The notes: generated by a model from the sequence alone, not told the origin. DNA of 64,000 nucleotides from Candidatus Multivoradales bacterium (GCA_965248925.1 CBDFLE010000006.1:2560001-2624000), one strand, 5' to 3'. Counted from the stretch's first letter, positions 19,925 to 31,071 are shown. Numbers and translations: made by a program.

Positions 19925-20131
19925 ATGCCTATCGTACACATCCGCGACGAAGAGAGTTTTGAGAATGCTCTGCGTCGTTTCAAACGGAAGTGTGAGAAGG
20001 CCGGCATCCTGACCGAGCTGAAGAAGCGGCAACACTTCGAGAAGCCGTCGGTCAAACGTAAGCGCAAGCTGGTGCAAGCACGCAAAAAGATGATGCGTAA
20101 GCTGGCTGAGGAGCGTCGTCTGGGCCTGTGA
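19925..20131 (+). CDS. rpsU: 30S ribosomal protein S21
   Basis: [19 protein letters not shown]...[11 protein letters not shown]. Confidence 0.97.
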   Translation: MPIVHIRDEESFENALRRFKRKCEKAGILTELKKRQHFEKPSVKRKRKLVQARKKMMRKLAEERRLGL

Positions 20132-20154
20132 GCCCAGGGTCGCAGCGCGACGAG

Positions 20155-20193
20155 AGCGGGAGCCTGGGTCTATAGCCCAGCTCCCGCTTTTTT
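20155..20193 (+). terminator. Intrinsic terminator after rpsU
   Basis: AGCGGGAG-CCTGGG...CCCAG-CTCCCGCT hairpin followed by a T run. Confidence 0.8.
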
Positions 20194-20259
20194 CTTGGCC
20201 CAGGGCGCGGTCCTGCTGCCTTGGCGTCCACTTCCTATCGCTCCCGAGCCCCCTGTGCC

Positions 20260-22710
20260 ATGGCTAGCCACCAAGACAACCACCAAGACTCCGCAACGGC
20301 GGCCGAATTCGTACTTTCTCAGACCACCGCGGTCGCCCTGGAGCTACCCGAAACCCTCCGCATGGTAGCTGCCGCGGCTGCTACAGACCTCGGCCAGGAG
20401 CGCTGTCTGGCCTTGTGGCCGACAGCCGACCGCGAGCTGCTGCGGCAGACTCGGCGCCGCTACGAGGAAGTCGAGCGCTTGCTCGCGGCAGCGCCCTTGG
20501 TGCCCTATTGTGACCAGAAGTTCGCACCGCTGCTCGGTGCCTTGGCCCACAGTAGGCGAGATATCGACGGCAAAGAGCTGGTGGAGATCGGCGCTCTGTT
20601 GCAAACCGGCCAACGTGCACGGCAACGGATCAACTCCGCCGATCCTACCTGCCCCGAGCTGGTCGAGCGATTGGCAGAGGTCCCCTCGGGTGAATCCCTG
20701 CGTCTCGCTCTCGAACGCACCTTCGACCCTCGTGGCGAGATCCGCGAGGACGCCACTCCGGCTTTGGCCAAGCTGCGCCGCCGCATCCGCAGCGTCCGCC
20801 AAGACATCTACCAGAACCTTCAGACCCTGGTCGGCACCCATCGCGAGCACCTCAGCGAGGACACCATTCCGATGCGCGGTGGCCGCCTGGTGTTGATGCT
20901 CCAGGCGGGTTCGCGAGGTCGGGTCTCGGGTCTCACCCATGGCCGTTCCGGCCGTGGCAAGAGCTTCTACTTCGAACCCCTAGAGGCGGTCGAGGACAAC
21001 AACCGCCTACAACAGTCGGTCGAAGAAGAGGCCGCGGAGAGGCGACGCATTCTGGCGCAAATGATCGACCACCTGCGCCGCGAGCTACCCACCGTCGTCG
21101 CCCACGGAGAGCTGGTGGCGGAACTCGATGCTCTGCAAGCCGCGGTACGCTTCGCCCAAGGTTGCGACGGTCGCCTGGCGGAAATAGGTGAAAGACATCA
21201 GCTCAAACTGCTCGGAGCCCGCCATCCCTTGCTCGAGCCCAGGCTCGCCGAGCTGCGCCAACGGGCTCTCGGCACCCCTGGACACAGTGACCCCGTGGTC
21301 CCCCTCGAACTCGAGTTCTCGGCCGCCGCCTATGGCTTGGTAATCACCGGCCCCAACGCCGGTGGCAAGACCGTGGCGCTCAAGACCACTGGTTTGCTCG
21401 CCCTCTTGCACCAATGCGGCCTGCCGATTCCGGCCGGCAAGGGCAGCCGCCTGCCGCCACTGAGCGCGGTGGTAGCAGCGGTCGGTGACGAGCAAGATCT
21501 GCTCGCCGATCGCTCCACTTTCAGCGGTCGTCTGCTGCGCTTGCGCGATGCCTGGCAAGCAGCCGGCGAAGATAGCCTGTTGCTGATCGACGAGCTGGGA
21601 TCGGGCACCGACCCGGAGGAAGGCGCGGCTCTCTCAGTGGCGCTGCTCGAAGGCCTCATCGAACGCCGCGCTCTGACCTTGATCACCACCCATCTCAGCC
21701 AGGTAGCGGCGGCAGCTCTAGAACTCAAGGGCGCGAGCTGCGCGGCGATGCAATTCGACTCTTCGAGCGGTGCCCCGACCTACCGCCTGCTCACCGGCCC
21801 TCCGGGGGGCAGCGAAGCCCTGGCATTGGCTCGCCGATTGCGACTACCCGATGCCTGGTTGAACCGCGCCAAAGAATTGCTCGGTCCCGAGCACCGCGAT
21901 CTGCGCCGCTTGCTGGCTGAGGTCGAGCGCGCTCGTGAGCAGCTCGAAGACACCCAACGGGAGCTCGCCGCCGAGCAACAGGACGCCGAGTTACTACGCC
22001 GCCGCTTGGCCGACGAACTCGAGCAAGCCAGCGGCGAACGCAAGCTCTTGAGCAAAAATCTGCGCAGCGAAATGGCGGCCTTCCGCACCGAGGTGCAGAA
22101 GAAGCTGCGTAGCGAGATCGACCGTTTGCAGCGGGAGGTGCGGGGAGGCAAGGCAAGACGTTCCACTGCCCAGGCGGTGGAACGATTGTTCGACCAAGCC
22201 CCACGCCTGGCGACCGACGACGACGACGCGCCCAGCGGTGAAATCTACGTCGGTGCCACGGTGCGCCACAGACTGTTGGAGTGGACGGGCGAACTTGAGA
22301 AGCTCAACCGCGGTCGCGCCCAGGTGCGGGTCCACGGCAAAACCTTACGCTGTACCGGCGAGGAACTAACCCTGGTGGCGGCGGCCGACTCAGCCAAACC
22401 CCACCGACCTCGCCGACCCCCCACCAGCATCCGTTCGACCAACGATCTCGAAGATTCCGGCCCCGGTACGGAACTCAAACTGATCGGCCTGCGAGTCGAG
22501 CCGGCGATGGAAACTCTCGATCGCTTTCTCGACCAGGCGCTAATGGGTTCACCAGGCGAGGTGCGGATCATCCATGGCCACGGCTCCGGGCGCCTGCGCC
22601 GCGCCGTACGCGAACAGCTGAAACGCCACCCCGCGGTAGCCTCGCAACGCCCCGGCGGCGACGGTGAAGGCGGCGACGGCGCGACGGTAGTAAAGCTCCG
22701 CGATGCTTGA
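20260..22710 (+). CDS. mutS2: MutS2 family protein (ATPase plus Smr domain)
   Basis: ITGPNAGGKT, STFS, IDELGSGTDPEEG, TTH; Smr IIHGHGSGRLR; start uncertain (20221 or 20260). Confidence 0.92.
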   Translation: MASHQDNHQDSATAAEFVLSQTTAVALELPETLRMVAAAAATDLGQERCLALWPTADRELLRQTRRRYEEVERLLAAAPLVPYCDQKFAPLLGALAHSRRDIDGKELVEIGALLQTGQRARQRINSADPTCPELVERLAEVPSGESLRLALERTFDPRGEIREDATPALAKLRRRIRSVRQDIYQNLQTLVGTHREHLSEDTIPMRGGRLVLMLQAGSRGRVSGLTHGRSGRGKSFYFEPLEAVEDNNRLQQSVEEEAAERRRILAQMIDHLRRELPTVVAHGELVAELDALQAAVRFAQGCDGRLAEIGERHQLKLLGARHPLLEPRLAELRQRALGTPGHSDPVVPLELEFSAAAYGLVITGPNAGGKTVALKTTGLLALLHQCGLPIPAGKGSRLPPLSAVVAAVGDEQDLLADRSTFSGRLLRLRDAWQAAGEDSLLLIDELGSGTDPEEGAALSVALLEGLIERRALTLITTHLSQVAAAALELKGASCAAMQFDSSSGAPTYRLLTGPPGGSEALALARRLRLPDAWLNRAKELLGPEHRDLRRLLAEVERAREQLEDTQRELAAEQQDAELLRRRLADELEQASGERKLLSKNLRSEMAAFRTEVQKKLRSEIDRLQREVRGGKARRSTAQAVERLFDQAPRLATDDDDAPSGEIYVGATVRHRLLEWTGELEKLNRGRAQVRVHGKTLRCTGEELTLVAAADSAKPHRPRRPPTSIRSTNDLEDSGPGTELKLIGLRVEPAMETLDRFLDQALMGSPGEVRIIHGHGSGRLRRAVREQLKRHPAVASQRPGGDGEGGDGATVVKLRDA

Positions 22711-22739
22711 GTCCGCGGCAGCGAGGAGCCAGAAGATAG

Positions 22740-24503
22740 ATGGCCAGCGGTAGCAGCAGGCTCGCCCAGGGAGTCGTCGAGGCGGTGCGCGAGGCGGTGG
22801 ACATCCTCGACATTGCCGGCGATGCCACTCGGCTGAAGAAACGCGGTAATCGCTACCTGGGTCTGTGCCCTTTCCACAAAGAAAAATCTCCCTCCTTCAG
22901 CGTCGACCCCGACCAAGGACTGTTCTACTGCTTTGGCTGCGGCGCCGGTGGCGATGCCATCCGCTTGCACCAGCAACTCAGCGGCGATGATTTCTTAGAC
23001 GCCATCGAAGCCTTGGCTAGACGCTATGGCATCGCTATCCAGCACACGGCCGACTCCCGGTCCGACGGCCCGACACAGCGGATCGGCCCGGCGCTAGAAG
23101 CCGCGGCAGAGTTCTTCCGCCACGCCTTAGGTCGCAGCGAAGTAGCGCGCAACTACCTCGAGCGGCGGCGCATTCCTCCCGACCTGGCGGAACACTTCGA
23201 GCTTGGCTACGCCCCCGACGGTTGGCGCCACCTGCTGACCGCGATCGGCGAGCGCGTGCCGCCGCAGGCCCTCGAGGCAGCGGGCTTGATCGCAACTCCC
23301 GAGAACGGGGGTCAACCCTACGATCGGTTTCGCAATCGGCTGATCTTTCCCATCCACTCGCCCATTGGCCGGTTGGTGGGTTTCGGCGGCCGCACCCTAG
23401 GTGACGACCGCGCCAAGTACATCAACACCCGCGAGACCGAGCAATTCCACAAAGGCAAGCTGCTCTACGGTTTTCACCAGGCCAAGAAGTCGCTGCGCGA
23501 GGGCCGCAAGGCGGTCTTGGTCGAGGGCTACACCGATGTCATGGCCGCCGCCGCCGCCGGCATCGACTACGCGGTCGCCGGCATGGGCACCGCCCTTACC
23601 GCCGAACAAGCTCGGCTGCTGGCCCGCTATGCCGATGAGGTGATATTGGGCTATGACGGCGACGAGGCGGGACAGAAGGCCGCGAGCCGATCACTGCCGT
23701 TGCTCCTCGCCGAAGGTCTGGCGGTGCGCCGCGCGCGCTTCCCGGCCGGCCACGATCCAGACTCCGTGCGCCTGGCCGAAGGGCCGCACGCGGTCACCGA
23801 GATTATCGAAGCCGCCGACGACGCGGTGTGGGACGCGATTCTCAAGCGGGTGCCGGCGGCGAAAGGTCGGACACCGATTCAGGTGCAACGAGCGGCGCAA
23901 GAGATCGTCACCTTGCTCAATATCATTCGCGACCCTATCGTCCGCAAGCAGTACGGCCGGCGGGCCGCTGAGCGGCTTGGCGCCGAGCGTGACTTGATCG
24001 TCAACCCGCACGGGGTCAGTGTTTTCAAGCCACAGCTAGCCCGCGAAACCTCGAACTACGAGGAAACCATCCTGCGGATGCTGCTCGATGCCCAACAACC
24101 GACCCCGACCCTCGACCTGCTACCCCCGGCGGAAGCTTTTTTTTCCTCGCCCGCGAGGAATATTTTCAGTGCTTTCTGCGCTCTATATAAGCAGAGGGAC
24201 GGCATACCGCCAACCCCGGGAGAAGTCAGGGCGAGTCTGGGCGGCGACGAGAGTGCAGATGAGGGCGCTATTGACCTGCTGGCCAGGATTCTGCTAAAAC
24301 AGTCCGATTCGGGTGATGGACGGCTCGAGGACGCCCTCACCCCTCTTCGCAAGCGCTGGGTCGACGAAAAAAGACGCGAGCTGAATCGGCTGATCAAACA
24401 AGCCGACATGCGTAAAGACCACACTGAACTCGCCCGCCTGCTCGAAGAAAAGAAGGATCTCAATCTAGCCCGGCATCCTGAAATGACCGGAAAGTTTTGG
24501 TAG
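22740..24503 (+). CDS. dnaG: DNA primase
   Basis: CHC2 zinc finger CPFHKEKSPSF..CFGC; DRFRNRLIFPI; TOPRIM VEGYTD, DGDEAG. Confidence 0.97.
   Translation: MASGSSRLAQGVVEAVREAVDILDIAGDATRLKKRGNRYLGLCPFHKEKSPSFSVDPDQGLFYCFGCGAGGDAIRLHQQLSGDDFLDAIEALARRYGIAIQHTADSRSDGPTQRIGPALEAAAEFFRHALGRSEVARNYLERRRIPPDLAEHFELGYAPDGWRHLLTAIGERVPPQALEAAGLIATPENGGQPYDRFRNRLIFPIHSPIGRLVGFGGRTLGDDRAKYINTRETEQFHKGKLLYGFHQAKKSLREGRKAVLVEGYTDVMAAAAAGIDYAVAGMGTALTAEQARLLARYADEVILGYDGDEAGQKAASRSLPLLLAEGLAVRRARFPAGHDPDSVRLAEGPHAVTEIIEAADDAVWDAILKRVPAAKGRTPIQVQRAAQEIVTLLNIIRDPIVRKQYGRRAAERLGAERDLIVNPHGVSVFKPQLARETSNYEETILRMLLDAQQPTPTLDLLPPAEAFFSSPARNIFSAFCALYKQRDGIPPTPGEVRASLGGDESADEGAIDLLARILLKQSDSGDGRLEDALTPLRKRWVDEKRRELNRLIKQADMRKDHTELARLLEEKKDLNLARHPEMTGKFW
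24271..24300 (+). promoter_or_regulatory. Candidate rpoD promoter inside the dnaG 3' end
   Basis: TTGACC-18 bp-TAAAAC with TG extension; neighbouring segment is unusually AT-rich. Confidence 0.4.
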
Positions 24504-24570
24504 GCCTTAACCGCCTACCTCGTCCTGTGGCGATGAGAGAATTCTCCACTAGCGCGCTTAGGAGTAGAAA

Positions 24571-26289
24571 GTGGCAGCCTCTAAGATAGTCGACAAAGAC
24601 GCTTCGGTCGAGGAGCGTTATAGCTCTGTGCGACAGCTCATCGAACTCGGGCAGGGTAAGGGATACCTGCTCTTCGATGAAATCTACGAGATGCTCCCGG
24701 ACGAGGTCGTCGGCTTGCCCGACGAGCTGGAAGAGGTCTACAAACGCCTCGGCCAGCTGAGCATCAATGTCATCGACCGGCCGGAGCGGTTTCAAAATCG
24801 TGAAGATGTCGACGCCATGCCGGTTGGCGATTTCGACAAGAAGGAAGAGGAGCAACAGGAGTTTGCCCTCACCGAGCACGAGAAGACCAACGACCCGGTA
24901 CGCATGTACCTGCGCGAGATGGGTACCGTTCCGCTGCTCGATCGCGAAGGAGAGGTCGAGATCGCCCAACGCATCGAGAATGGCGAATGGGTGATCTACG
25001 AGGCTCTGTGCATCAACCCGGTGGTGTTGCGGGAGCTGTTGCGGCTCAATGAGTTAGCGCAGAAGGATCAGCGGATCCTGAAGGAGCTTATCGCCAGCGA
25101 TCCGGACGAGCCCCTCGATTCCAAGGCTTCTGACCGGGTCAAGAAGAATCTGAAGATCTTCGATCACATCGGCGAGCACGATCACAAGATCCAAAAACTG
25201 CGCGACGAGCAGGGCGCGGTCGAGGAGAAGGATCCCAAGTACAGCGAACTTGAGCGCGACATCGATCGCTACCTGGCGAAGATCGCCAAGGACATCCGCT
25301 CGATCGACTTCAGCGTCCAGACCCGCAACCGCATGGTCGAGCTGTTGCGCGACATCCATCGCGAGTTCTCACGCCTGCACAGCGATCTGCGCCGCGCCCG
25401 CAGGGCGGTCGAACGCGAGACCAACGACGAACTGCGCGCCCTGCAACGGCGACGGATCGACAAATACACCAACAAGCTGGCCGATCTCGAGCAACGCTAC
25501 GGCACCACTTATAACCAAGTGTCACGGACCATCGAGCGTATTCGCCATGGGGAGCGCGAGTGCGAACGGGCCAAGGAACAGCTGATCGTCGCTAATCTGC
25601 GACTGGTGGTTTCGATCGCCAAGAAGTACACCAACCGTGGTTTGCAGTTCCTCGACCTGATCCAGGAAGGCAATATTGGTCTGATGAAGGCGGTCGAGAA
25701 GTTCGAGTACCGCCGCGGCTACAAGTTCTCGACCTACGCCACCTGGTGGATCCGCCAGGCGATTACCCGCGCTATTGCCGACCAGGCGCGCACCATTCGC
25801 ATCCCAGTCCACATGATCGAGACGATCAACAAGCTCACCCGCACCAGCCGTTCGTTGGTGCAGGAGCTGGGCCGCGAACCCACCGCCGAGGAAATCGGCG
25901 AACGGATGGACTTGTCGGCCTCGAAGGTGCGCAAGATCATGAAGATCGCGCAAGAACCGATCTCGCTCGAAACTCCGATCGGAGAAGAAGAAGATTCGCA
26001 TCTGGGCGATTTCATCGAGGACAAGAACGCGGTCTCACCGATCGAAGCCGTGGTCGGCACCAACTTGAGCGATCAGACGGTGCGGGTCCTCAAGACCCTG
26101 ACCCCGCGCGAGGAGTTGGTGCTGCGCATGCGCTTCGGCGTTGGCGAGCCCTCTGAGCACACCCTCGAAGAAGTCGGCAGATCGTTCTCGGTCACCCGCG
26201 AGCGGATCCGCCAGATCGAGTCCAAGGCGCTGCGCAAACTGCGCCACCCGAGTCGGTCAGCCAAGCTACGGCCCTTTCTCGAGACCTGA
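24571..26289 (+). CDS. rpoD: RNA polymerase primary sigma factor
   Basis: [58 protein letters not shown]. Confidence 0.98.
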   Translation: MAASKIVDKDASVEERYSSVRQLIELGQGKGYLLFDEIYEMLPDEVVGLPDELEEVYKRLGQLSINVIDRPERFQNREDVDAMPVGDFDKKEEEQQEFALTEHEKTNDPVRMYLREMGTVPLLDREGEVEIAQRIENGEWVIYEALCINPVVLRELLRLNELAQKDQRILKELIASDPDEPLDSKASDRVKKNLKIFDHIGEHDHKIQKLRDEQGAVEEKDPKYSELERDIDRYLAKIAKDIRSIDFSVQTRNRMVELLRDIHREFSRLHSDLRRARRAVERETNDELRALQRRRIDKYTNKLADLEQRYGTTYNQVSRTIERIRHGERECERAKEQLIVANLRLVVSIAKKYTNRGLQFLDLIQEGNIGLMKAVEKFEYRRGYKFSTYATWWIRQAITRAIADQARTIRIPVHMIETINKLTRTSRSLVQELGREPTAEEIGERMDLSASKVRKIMKIAQEPISLETPIGEEEDSHLGDFIEDKNAVSPIEAVVGTNLSDQTVRVLKTLTPREELVLRMRFGVGEPSEHTLEEVGRSFSVTRERIRQIESKALRKLRHPSRSAKLRPFLET

Positions 26290-26315
26290 TCGAGGACTCT
26301 GAGGTACTTTCCTTC

Positions 26316-26341
26316 ACGGCGGGCCGCGGCCCGCCGTTTTT
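26316..26341 (+). terminator. Intrinsic terminator after rpoD
   Basis: ACGGCGGGCC-GC-GGCCCGCCGT followed by TTTT. Confidence 0.85.
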
Positions 26342-26433
26342 GCAGGGCGCCGCTTGCGTCAGAAGCGGAGCGGTGAGGCGCCGAGCCGCGGTTGGGATAC
26401 CATCCGGTCACACTCTGGATCGGAGCCCTGGTT

Positions 26434-27768
26434 ATGAAACACCGTCTTTCCTTGCTCGAACGCCTTGGTCTGCACCGGCCCGAACTACGTGCCTGGGCAC
26501 TCTACGATTGGGCCAATTCGGCCTTCATCCTGATCGTTGTCACCGCTGTCTTCCCGATCTACTTTCAGCAAGTGGCGGGCAAGGGTCTGGACCCGGACCT
26601 AGCCACGGCTCGTTTTGGCCTCGGCACTACCGTGGCGCTGGTGATCGTGGCGTTGCTGTCGCCGATCCTCGGCGCGGTGGGCGACTTCCTGGCGATTCGC
26701 AAGCGACTGCTGGCCAGCTTCTTGGTCCTCGGCGCGCTGTCAACGGCAGGCCTGTATTTTGTCGGCCAGGGCGACTGGAAGCTCGGCCTGGTGCTCTTCA
26801 TGCTAGGCAATATCGGGGTTTCGACCAGCTTCGTGTTCTACGATTCCCTGCTGCCTCACATCGCTCAAGGTGACGAGATCGACCGCGTTTCTACTGCCGG
26901 CTACGCCCTTGGTTACCTCGGCAGCGGTCTTTTGCTGGTCGGTTGCTTGGCGGTGATCCAGCAGCCCCAGCGCTTCGGACTGGCCGATGGCGGGGTGGCC
27001 ACCCGACTGACCTTCATTGCCGTCGCTCTGTGGTACGCCGGCTTCGCAATTCCCTTGCTGCGCCGGGTGCCCGAGCCATCACGGGCCATCGAAACCGACG
27101 AGGAGGTCGGCGAGAGCCTTCTCAAGGTCGCCTTCACTCGCCTCGGCGAGACCTTCCGCGAGCTGCGCGGCGACTACAGCCAGGCGTTTCGCATGCTGCT
27201 GGCGGTACTGATCTACAACGACGGCATCGGCACCATTATCCGCCTGGCGGCGATCTACGCCACCGGTCAGGGCTTACCCCAAGAACAGGTCATCGCCGCC
27301 ATCTTGCTGGTGCAGTTCATCGGCATCCCCTTTGCCTTCGGGTTTGGTGTCTTGGCCGGCAAGATCGGCGCCAAGAATGCCATCTTGCTCGCCCTAGGGG
27401 TCTATTTAGTGATTGCCGTGGTGGCCTTCAAGATGGACACGGTGAAGGAGTTCTACCTGCTGGCCATCCTGGTGGCGATGGTCCAGGGAGGGGCCCAAGC
27501 CCTGTCGCGGTCGCTCTTCGCTTCGATGATCCCCAAACATAAGGCGTCGGAGTTCTTCGGCTTTTTCGCCGTCTTCGAGAAGTTTGCCGGCATCTTTGGC
27601 CCAGCGATCTTCACCCTGATGATCACCCTGACCGGCTCCAGCCGCCACGCCATTTTGTCGGTAGTAATTTTCTTTGTCGTCGGCGGTGCTCTACTGGTGA
27701 CCGTCGATGTCGATCGAGGCCGCCGCCAGGCGCGCCAAGCCGAAGCCCGCCTAGTGGCCACCAGCTGA
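26434..27768 (+). CDS. MFS transporter, UMF1/ATG22-like
   Basis: WALYDWANSAF, FYDSLLP, GAQALSRSLFASMIP..EFFGFF; about 12 TM segments. Confidence 0.9.
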   Translation: MKHRLSLLERLGLHRPELRAWALYDWANSAFILIVVTAVFPIYFQQVAGKGLDPDLATARFGLGTTVALVIVALLSPILGAVGDFLAIRKRLLASFLVLGALSTAGLYFVGQGDWKLGLVLFMLGNIGVSTSFVFYDSLLPHIAQGDEIDRVSTAGYALGYLGSGLLLVGCLAVIQQPQRFGLADGGVATRLTFIAVALWYAGFAIPLLRRVPEPSRAIETDEEVGESLLKVAFTRLGETFRELRGDYSQAFRMLLAVLIYNDGIGTIIRLAAIYATGQGLPQEQVIAAILLVQFIGIPFAFGFGVLAGKIGAKNAILLALGVYLVIAVVAFKMDTVKEFYLLAILVAMVQGGAQALSRSLFASMIPKHKASEFFGFFAVFEKFAGIFGPAIFTLMITLTGSSRHAILSVVIFFVVGGALLVTVDVDRGRRQARQAEARLVATS

Positions 27769-27807
27769 CCGGGCTGGGCAAACGAGGCAGCTGGCGATTG
27801 GCCTAGA

Positions 27808-28524
27808 CTACTTGCCGGGCAACTCGACGCCGATATCGCGCAATTGGCGAGTAGCGGCGGTGGCCCAGCCGCGATTGGCCAAGGGGCTAGCCGGGCTGGG
27901 GTGCAGGATGCGGGCAATCTCGACATCGAGCCCACCGAGGACCCGGCGAGCACAGCCCTCGGCAAACACTCCGATGCCGATCACCCGCCGCGGCTGGAGG
28001 GCCTCCACCAGCTGGCGCAAGGCCTGGTCACAGGGACCCTCGACGGCCTGGCGATCGGCGGCCACTAGCTTGTCCGGCGTCAGATTTCGGCCGCTATCGG
28101 CGAGGAACTGCAAGGGGCAGTAGTTGCCGACAAAGAACTGTTCGAAGAAGCGCTCCGGGGAACCGAAGGTATCGCGAGCCCAACCCCAAACCCGAGCGCC
28201 GCTCACCTCCTGGCGACTACAGGCGAAACCCTCCACCAAGCGCTTAGGGTGCTCAGGCACCGGCTTGCCAACCTCTCCCGACAGGCCCAGCCAATCGCGC
28301 ACTAGGGAGATGGCGCCGAAGGGCACGCCAGTCTGCGCCATGCCCCAGGGCCCGGGGTTCATGCCCAGCAGCAAGTTCTCCGCGCCCAACCCGCCGAAGC
28401 GGCGCAAGTACTCCCGGTGCGGTCCCCAAGCGTACTCCAGCGGGTTGTAGACATAGGCCACCGGCGGCGCGAATTCGATCACGCTCATGGCGGCGGCTAG
28501 CTGCCGCGAGATGCTCTCCAACAT
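27808..28524 (-). CDS. SMUG1-family uracil-DNA glycosylase
   Basis: YNPLEYA, GMNPGPWGMAQTGVPFG, EVSG.R.W, NYCPL, ILHPSPASP. Confidence 0.9.
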   Translation of the reverse strand: MLESISRQLAAAMSVIEFAPPVAYVYNPLEYAWGPHREYLRRFGGLGAENLLLGMNPGPWGMAQTGVPFGAISLVRDWLGLSGEVGKPVPEHPKRLVEGFACSRQEVSGARVWGWARDTFGSPERFFEQFFVGNYCPLQFLADSGRNLTPDKLVAADRQAVEGPCDQALRQLVEALQPRRVIGIGVFAEGCARRVLGGLDVEIARILHPSPASPLANRGWATAATRQLRDIGVELPGK

Positions 28525-28536
28525 GATGCGTTGAGG

Positions 28537-30975
28537 CTACCGCGAGATGGACTCCGGAAGCGAGACCGGCGGCGGCTCACCGGCGATGCCGACTTGGTCG
28601 AGAATGATCACACCCGTGGGCTGGAGATCGAAAATCAGGCGGATCGCCGCCAGCTCCAAGTATTCCAGACCCAAGGCAGTGAGGGGTAATTCGTAGGTCT
28701 GGAAGAGCACTTCGGCACCGTCGCCATATCGCTTCTCCGTACTTTTCAGCTTGGTATAGCGGGACTTCAGGGGAGGAGGCAGGGGGCGGAGCCGCGCCAG
28801 TGTCAGCCGTGTTCTAGATCCGTCGCGGGCTTCTAGCTCAAGGGTGAAATCGATCGCCACGGCCGGCTCGTCGTCTGCGGACTTCTCCTGCTCCTCGGCT
28901 GACTCTTCAGCCGAGTCTTCGCGGTCCTCCTCCTGCGGCTCAGGAGCCTCTTCCTCAGTGGCAGCGAGATCAAATACCAAGCGTTGGGCCGCGCCCAAGA
29001 CGACCGCCGGTTGGCGTGGCAAGCGCAGGGTGAAACGGGGCTGGGCCGGGGGCTCGGCCACTTCTCCGCTAGCCAATGGCGCCTCATCTACAACCTTCCA
29101 ACCCAGATAGACGGCCTTGTTCTCACGCCGCCCACCACCGCGAAAGGAGACATCCTCCTCCCGCCAAACCGTCAGGTCCCGGGCTTCCAGAACGACTCCC
29201 GGCAGACTGCCACTGGTGACGTCGATATCTTCTTGAAAGTCCGCTAACAGCTGGAAACTGGCGTCTTGAAATCTGCTCAGATAGAGGTCTTCCGGCAACC
29301 ACGATCGACCCCTGCGGGGATCGCGAAACAGCGCCTGGTATTCCTCGCGACCCTGCACCGTCACGGCAACGAAGGCGGAGATATAGGTCCGCGCGATCCG
29401 CAACTGGTCTTCCATCGGCAGCAAGGGTCGCAGGTTGAGCAACCAAGCGAAGGGGGGCGAAAGATCGCTGCGCCCCCAGACGGTGTTGAATTGGCCGTGG
29501 TTGGCGCGATAGGCATAGAGACTGGCCTTGAAGGTGCCACTTCCGGGCGTGAGTTGCACCCTTTCGTACTGACGATCCCCGGAGAAACTCGAAACGTCGC
29601 CATCGTGACCTCCCTGGATTACCAAGTAGTTGACATCTCTGAGCGGTGTAGGGACGTCAGAAGGTCGATATTGGCCATCGCTGGGAGCAATCGCCAAGAC
29701 ACCCTTGATGCCGAAATCAAAATCAAAGTCGACTTTGGCATCGTCTGGGTAGTGCCGGAGGTGGTTGAAACTGGCGGCTATGGCCGCAGCCTCGCCCCCC
29801 CGCGAGTGGCCCATCAGCACCACCCGGTCGAGATCGGCGCGGCGAAAAAACAGACTCTCCGGGTCAGAATTCCAGCGCCGCCACGCCGTCAGGTGTTGGA
29901 GCAGCAGCCAACCCCGAGCATCGTTTTCCAGCCGCGGCCCGCCAAAGAGGTGGCCATTGAGAAAATTTTCATCCACCGATACGAAGATCACCCCGTGGCT
30001 GGCCAGCAGCTCGCCGAGATAAGCGTAGCCTGGATCGGAGTAGTGATCCATGTTGTGGTTGCCGTGGACCATCAGCACGATTGGGAATGGCCCTTCGCCA
30101 CAAGGGTACCAAACCCGGCCATTGAGCGGCATCTGCTCCATGTCGAAGCCCCAGTAGAGGCGCCGCAGCTTGGCCTTCAATCCCTTGATGCCAGCAAAAA
30201 AAGCGGTTCCATCGACCGACTCGGTAACCACTGTCACTTGATCGCCGAACTCCGCTCGATGGCGGTCGTTGCCGCTACCGTAGGTCAGCGACGAGATTCC
30301 AAAGGGGCCGGGCTGGCCAGGATCCTCCAGTTCGAGAGCCGCCACATCGTCGAGGCCCAGACCTTCCAGAAGCAGCAGATGGTCGTCCGTACCCGGCCAC
30401 CGCAACCAACCCACCAGGGCGGCCAAGAGCACGACCGACATGACGCCGGCAGTGATCAGCGAACTCTTCTGTGGCGAACGCAAACGCCGCCAACCACTGG
30501 ACAGTAAAAAGGAGACCGAACCACCGAGGATCGCCGCAGCAAAGAGGACGCCAGCCACCAATGCCAGCACTTGCGGTACCGGCAGCCCCCAGGCCGACAG
30601 CTGGCCAATCATCAAGCTCAGCAGCGCCACTCCCAACCAACCCACCAGCTGTCGCAGGCGGCTGACCAGCCAGCCGGCCAGCGGCAGCAGGAGAGCCGCC
30701 AAGCGGCTGAGCAGATAGGCTAAGACAACGCCGGCGAGGAGATCGACCCACCAGCCCAGGGAAGTCCTGAATTCGAGTCCCATCACCGCGCCCAGCGCCA
30801 GCCACACTCCCTGCGCCCCTCGCGCCGCGCCCCGACGAACTACCGGGGAGGGAAGCAGCCGATCCCAGCCGCGAGCACACCCGTCTCGCACCTGCCGCCA
30901 GCGCCCGGACAACCGCGCTCGCCATCCACGATTTGGATCTGAAACCCTCGTTGAAGCCGCTGTGTCATTCACCAC
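28537..30975 (-). CDS. Membrane-anchored alpha/beta hydrolase
   Basis: N-terminal TMs; VHGNH, GHSRGG nucleophile elbow, HDGDV, ANHGQFNT. Confidence 0.8.
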   Translation of the reverse strand: MVNDTAASTRVSDPNRGWRARLSGRWRQVRDGCARGWDRLLPSPVVRRGAARGAQGVWLALGAVMGLEFRTSLGWWVDLLAGVVLAYLLSRLAALLLPLAGWLVSRLRQLVGWLGVALLSLMIGQLSAWGLPVPQVLALVAGVLFAAAILGGSVSFLLSSGWRRLRSPQKSSLITAGVMSVVLLAALVGWLRWPGTDDHLLLLEGLGLDDVAALELEDPGQPGPFGISSLTYGSGNDRHRAEFGDQVTVVTESVDGTAFFAGIKGLKAKLRRLYWGFDMEQMPLNGRVWYPCGEGPFPIVLMVHGNHNMDHYSDPGYAYLGELLASHGVIFVSVDENFLNGHLFGGPRLENDARGWLLLQHLTAWRRWNSDPESLFFRRADLDRVVLMGHSRGGEAAAIAASFNHLRHYPDDAKVDFDFDFGIKGVLAIAPSDGQYRPSDVPTPLRDVNYLVIQGGHDGDVSSFSGDRQYERVQLTPGSGTFKASLYAYRANHGQFNTVWGRSDLSPPFAWLLNLRPLLPMEDQLRIARTYISAFVAVTVQGREEYQALFRDPRRGRSWLPEDLYLSRFQDASFQLLADFQEDIDVTSGSLPGVVLEARDLTVWREEDVSFRGGGRRENKAVYLGWKVVDEAPLASGEVAEPPAQPRFTLRLPRQPAVVLGAAQRLVFDLAATEEEAPEPQEEDREDSAEESAEEQEKSADDEPAVAIDFTLELEARDGSRTRLTLARLRPLPPPLKSRYTKLKSTEKRYGDGAEVLFQTYELPLTALGLEYLELAAIRLIFDLQPTGVIILDQVGIAGEPPPVSLPESISR

Positions 30976-31071
30976 TAACCCGCCCTTTCCTGGCCCGCCC
31001 TTTTGATCTCCTACCGAGTCAGACGCTGCAAGCTCCTTTTAGGTTTCAACATGGACTGCAAGGAGGTTTCC

